From positions 64,001 through 128,000 of the forward strand of contig CAWFOM010000002.1 in the NCBI GenBank assembly GCA_963817385.1: 64,000 nt of DNA. Reading direction: 5' to 3'. Source of the stretch: an uncultured delta proteobacterium. Lineage in GTDB: Bacteria > Desulfobacterota > Syntrophia > Syntrophales > UBA5619. Below are positions 58,607 to 64,000 of the stretch, piece by piece. The notes beneath the pieces were generated by a model that saw only the letters and a list, made by a program, of their open reading frames with translations, was not told the DNA's origin and made no database searches. A program made the position numbers and the translations under genes. The first letter of the stretch is position 1. Every line of letters starts with the position of its first letter.

Positions 58607-59633
58607 ATGTCCTGGATTCGAACATTTTCATTCCTTATGCTTATCTGCACTTCAATTTTGTCGCCGCAGGCAGCCGAACCGGCCGCCTTTACACCCGACA
58701 AGGCCGACATGGCAGCAGCCAAAGCGGGAGGGGACGGTCACCTGGTATACGTCCACCCCGGTCGAGGCAGCCCAGAAAATCGGCAAATTGTTCGAGGATC
58801 AGACAGGACTCAAGGTGCAACTCTTTCGTTCGGGCGGCTCCGCCGTGCTCCGCCGGTTCCAGCAGGAGATCGACGCCAAGAAGACGATCGCCGATGTCCT
58901 GACGGTCTCCGATTCCGCTGCAATGAGCACCCTGATCAAGCGCGACATGCTTGTGCCGTTCAGGCCGAGGAATTTCGAGAAAGTGCCGGCAGAAGCAAAG
59001 GACGCGCAGGGACACTATATCGCCCAGCGGTTGAACCTGGTCGTTATCATCGCACGGGCCGACAAAGGTCTGGATATGCCGAAGAACTGGACAGACCTGA
59101 CCGATCCGAAATACAAAGGGAAGATGGTGATGCCGGATCCCTCATTCACCGCGAACCAACTCATGGCCGTAGGCACATTGTCTAAAAAGTACGGCTGGGG
59201 CTTCTATGAGAAGCTGAAGGCCAATGACATCATGATCGTTCAGGGAAACCAGCAGGTATCGGATACCTTGAAGAGCGGCGAGCGTTTGCTTGCCGCCTCG
59301 GGAACGGATTCGTACGCATGGAACGACCGCGAGGACGGCCACAAGATCCAGACGATCTTTCCGACCGACGGCGTCTTTGTGATCCCGGCGCCGACCGCGG
59401 TAATCAAAGGCGCCCCGCATCCGAACGCCGCCAAGGCATTCGCCGAGTTCATGATCAGTGACGCGGTCCAGACCATGATTCCGAAAGAAGGAAACTATGC
59501 CGGCCGTTCAGATATCGGTCCGCCAGCCGGCAACCCTCAGTTGAACACCGTCAAGATCCTTCCTGTGGACTACGACTATATCGAGAAGGAGTCCGGAAAC
59601 ATCAAGAAAAAGTTCAACGAGATATTCCAGTAA
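58607..59633 (+). CDS. AfuA/FbpA-type extracellular solute-binding protein; frameshift near 58725
   Basis: Signal peptide in the first ORF. FEDQTG.KV, PKNWTDLTDP.YKG, FPTDG, APHPNAAKAF in the second. TTGACA-N17-TATTTC upstream. Confidence 0.85.
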
Positions 59634-59691
59634 GCACCGTGAGCAGTGGCCGGGTTCCTATCGGTAACGCGTCTCGTATGAGGAGGGTCAC

Positions 59692-61412
59692 GTGGAGCAA
59701 GCGCTTCCGGCGACAAAGCAGGTGGCCGGCTGGGGAAAGAACCTGCGCATGGAACAGGTTGTGGTCGCCGGTGCGATGCTGTCGTTGCTCGTTCTCGTTG
59801 TCCTTCCCCTCGCATCGCTCGTATGGGGCAGCATTACCGAGGATGGACGTTTCACCCTGGTCCATTTCGGCCGCGCCTTCAGCGAGAGGCTCTATTTCCA
59901 GGCCCTGGTAAATTCCCTTATCCTCGGCGCCTGGACCGGTTTGTTGAGCATCGTGATCGGGCTCCCGATGGCTTGGGCTGTCAGTCGCACCGACCTGCCC
60001 GGGAAAGGGTTTGTCCGGGTGACGGCGAACATCGCCTATATCACCCCGCCTTTTCTGACCGCAATCGCCTTCGTCAACCTCTTCAGCCCCAACGCGGGCC
60101 TGATCAATCGGTTCTTCCGCGACGCCTTGGGCCTCCCCTTCCTGACATTCAATATCTTCTCGATGCGGGGCATGGTCCTGGTCACGGTCCTCCACACATT
60201 CCCGTTCGTCTTCCTCCTGGCGTCCAGTGCATTGGAATCGGTGGACGCCTCGCTGGAGCAATCGGCTCAGATCCTCGGATCGAGCCGCTGGCGCACCGCA
60301 CTGAAGATAGCCGCGCCTTTGGTGGCGCCATCGGTCCTCTCCGGCGCGTTGCTGGCCTTTGTAAACGCCATCGCCCTGTTCGGCTCCCAAGCCATTATCG
60401 GCCTTCCGGGACGCGTCTTCACCCTGCCGACCCGAATTTACAGCCTCTTCGACTACCCGCCTCAGTATGGCCTCGCTTCCGCGCTGTCCTTGATCTTTGT
60501 CGCCATCACCGTCCTGGCGCTATGGCTGCAGCGGTCGTATCTGGCGAAACGATCTTACATCACGCTGGCGGGAAAGGGTGTCCGGCCCCAGCTTATCGCA
60601 CTTGGCGGGGCTCGCTGGATTCTTCTGGCCTTCTGCGCCGTCATCTTTCTGGTGGCCGTTGCCGCCCCGTATCTGTCGCTTCTCGCCGTCTCCCTCAGCA
60701 AGTCGTGGGGCCTACGTTTCTGGGAGAACCTTACGCTGGCAAATTACCAATTCATCCTGTTCAAGTACGACGTAACCCAGCGCGCGATCATGAACAGCCT
60801 ATTTCTGGCAGCGGCAGCGGCTACCATTGCGGTCCTCCTGGGCGCCGTCATTAGTTGGGTGGACCTCCGAACGAATGTCTGGGGCCGCCGGCTGTTGGAT
60901 TACGCTTCCCTGATTCCCCTTGGACTTCCCGGAATCGTGATCGCGGTCGCCCTGCTCCAGTTCTGGCTGCGGATGCCGGTGCCGATTTATGGAACCCTGA
61001 CAATCATTCTCCTGGCCTATATCAGTAGATTTATCCCCCTGGGAGTGCGCGCTTCCAGCGCCGCGCTCCGCCAAGTGGATCCCGCCCTGGAGGAAGCGGC
61101 CCGCATCGGCGGAGCAAGCTGGGTGCGCACGATGCGGAAGATAACGCTTCCCTTGATCCGGCCGGGCCTCTTCGCCGGCTGGCTCCTGGTGTTTGTACCG
61201 GCCATCCAGGAGCTGAGCGCCTCCATTCTTCTGTTCACCTCGGATTCCATGACCCTGGCGGTGGCGGTTTACAATCTCTATGAAAGCGGTTATCGCGAGG
61301 CGGTGGCTGCGTTGGCAATATTGAACATGCTCATCATCAGCGCCGCGATCGCGCTGGCGACCCGGCTCGGCCGGGGCGGGATGAAAGGGCAGAACCCGGA
61401 GGTAAGCTCCTG

Positions 61413-61413
<1 letters not shown>
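59692..61413 (+). CDS. FbpB/AfuB-type double-domain ABC permease
   Basis: Two EAA loops ([20 protein letters not shown]), RTDLPG, TLPTRIY. Confidence 0.92.
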
Positions 61414-62491
<1,078 letters not shown>

Positions 62492-62511
62492 GAACCGAGG
62501 AGAAACCCATC

Positions 62512-63432
62512 ATGGCTATTGCAGACACACCGGCACCCGTCACCGGAGAGGAGCACTGGGCCTTCAAGCGTGAGATCCGCCTGTTTCTCTGGGAGAAATT
62601 CGTGGGAACGCCGGACAATAAGGCCGCTATCGTATTCGTCCACGGCTCCTCGATGGCGTCGCAACCCAGTTACGATCTTCAGGTCCCCGGCCGCCCAAGC
62701 TCATCGGTCATGGACCATTTCGCCCGCCTCGGTTACGACACCTGGTGCGTGGATATGGAGGGTTACGGACGTTCCGACAAGCACCGCGACATCAACGCCG
62801 ATATCGCCACCGGCGCGGACGATCTGGAAGCCGCCGCCGACTATATCGCCCGCACCCGCGGGGTCCAATCTTTCCTGATGTACGGCATCTCCTCCGGCGC
62901 CCTCAGGGCCGCCCTCTTCGCCCAGCGCCATCCGGAGCGGATCAAGCGACTTGCGCTCGACGCCTTCGTCTGGACCGGCCAGGGAAGCCCGACCCTCGCC
63001 AATCGCCGGAAACGCCTGCCCGAGTACCAGAGCAGGAACCGCCGCCCGATCGATCGGGACTTCGTCCGATCGATCTTCACCCGCGACCATCCGGGTAGTG
63101 CGGACGAGAGGACGATTGAAGCCTTCGCCGATGCGATCCTGGCCCTCGACGACTCGGTGCCGACCGGCACCTACGTGGATATGTGCATCAACCTGCCGGT
63201 CGTAGACCCCGAAAAAATCGCCTGCCCGACCATCATCATGCGGGGCCAGTATGATGGAATCGCCGCTTTTAATGATCTGATTGAGTTCTTCAAGCGGCTG
63301 CCCAACCCGGATAAACAATTCGCGGTGATGCCGGGGATCGCTCATGCCAGCTTCAAGCAGAAGAACTACCTGATAGTCCTCCACATCATGGAGGCATTCT
63401 TCGGCCAGCCCGATCCGGTTTACCGCGGGTAA
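62512..63432 (+). CDS. Alpha/beta fold hydrolase
   Basis: [13 protein letters not shown], nucleophile GISSG, GQYDG, GIAH. Confidence 0.9.
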   Translation: MAIADTPAPVTGEEHWAFKREIRLFLWEKFVGTPDNKAAIVFVHGSSMASQPSYDLQVPGRPSSSVMDHFARLGYDTWCVDMEGYGRSDKHRDINADIATGADDLEAAADYIARTRGVQSFLMYGISSGALRAALFAQRHPERIKRLALDAFVWTGQGSPTLANRRKRLPEYQSRNRRPIDRDFVRSIFTRDHPGSADERTIEAFADAILALDDSVPTGTYVDMCINLPVVDPEKIACPTIIMRGQYDGIAAFNDLIEFFKRLPNPDKQFAVMPGIAHASFKQKNYLIVLHIMEAFFGQPDPVYRG

Positions 63433-63485
63433 AGGCCGCTGCCGGCTTTGACGCCGGCGAATATCATATCGTAAGGAGAAAATCA

Positions 63486-64000
63486 TTGGAAAAAATCAAA
63501 GTCAAAAATCCCGTCGTCGAACTTGACGGCGATGAAATGGCCCGGGTGATCTGGGGCTGGATCCGGGAGGAGCTCATCCTGCCCTATCTCGACATCGAAC
63601 TGGTTTACTTCGATTATCACCTCCTGAACCGAGACCGGACCGAAAACCAGGTCGTCCTCGACGCTGTCGAGGCGATCAAGAAATACCGCGTCGGCGCTAA
63701 ATGTGCCGCCATCAATCCCGACCAGGCGAGGGTGAAGGAGTACGGCCTCAAGAAGGCCTGGAAGTCGCCCAACAGCGGGACCCGCAACCGGATCGGCGGC
63801 ACGCTCTTCCGTCAGCCGATCGTGATGAAAAACATCCCCCGGCTGGTTCCCGGCTGGATCAAGCCGATCGTCGTGGCCCGCCACGGCTTCGGCGATCTTT
63901 TCGGGGGCGCTGATTTCACCCTGCCGCCGGGGGGGAGCACGGTACTTCTGCGGTATCTCCCCCACGGCGTGGGGAAGCCCGTCGAGATCGAGGTCTGCGA
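63486..64000 (+). CDS. icd: Type II (eukaryote-like) NADP isocitrate dehydrogenase homologue, runs off the window end; not in the ORF track
   Basis: Manual translation from TTG after [29 protein letters not shown]...LILPYLDI...KCAAINPD...[40 protein letters not shown]. Confidence 0.85.
   Translation, partial: MEKIKVKNPVVELDGDEMARVIWGWIREELILPYLDIELVYFDYHLLNRDRTENQVVLDAVEAIKKYRVGAKCAAINPDQARVKEYGLKKAWKSPNSGTRNRIGGTLFRQPIVMKNIPRLVPGWIKPIVVARHGFGDLFGGADFTLPPGGSTVLLRYLPHGVGKPVEIEVC

Overview
GC-rich bacterial chromosomal window, probably from a Desulfobacterota/deltaproteobacterial anaerobe (inferred from System II cytochrome c maturation, GTGTTAC-N13-GTAACAC-type NikR boxes and Geobacter-like OmbB/OmaB and c7 proteins). 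About 55 protein-coding genes were found, and no tRNA, rRNA, CRISPR array, transposase or integrase. In order: NikR-regulated ECF nickel transporter; MoxR/VWA pair; a peptidoglycan-related cluster (DUF1460 amidase, GNAT-DUF4922 fusion, GT2, L,D-transpeptidase, MltB); a TctCBA-amidohydrolase-Ldh_2 catabolic operon; clpS-clpA-aat; a cysteine desulfurase-YedF-DUF3343 S/Se cluster; PaaI; ferritin. The main feature is a ~21 kb extracellular electron transfer island (23.5-44.5 kb). It holds a Geobacter-type porin and periplasmic cytochrome (OmbB/OmaB-like) followed by an MtrC/OmcA-type decaheme lipoprotein, two more decaheme lipoproteins, a triheme c7, two SurA/PpiC-type chaperones, ResB/CcsA, a heme-motif histidine kinase with a sigma54 activator, an orphan heme sensor, and readable sigma54 promoters with a twin palindromic enhancer and a duplicated promoter. 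After it come MscS, EamA, a PlpD-like patatin-Omp85 protein, a NEW3/ABC set, and a GntR/ABC/AKR/hydrolase cluster ending in an isocitrate-dehydrogenase homologue with altered active-site residues. At least 12 otherwise intact genes carry small frameshifts, which most likely are long-read indel errors. Family assignments come from recognised motifs, not database searches.
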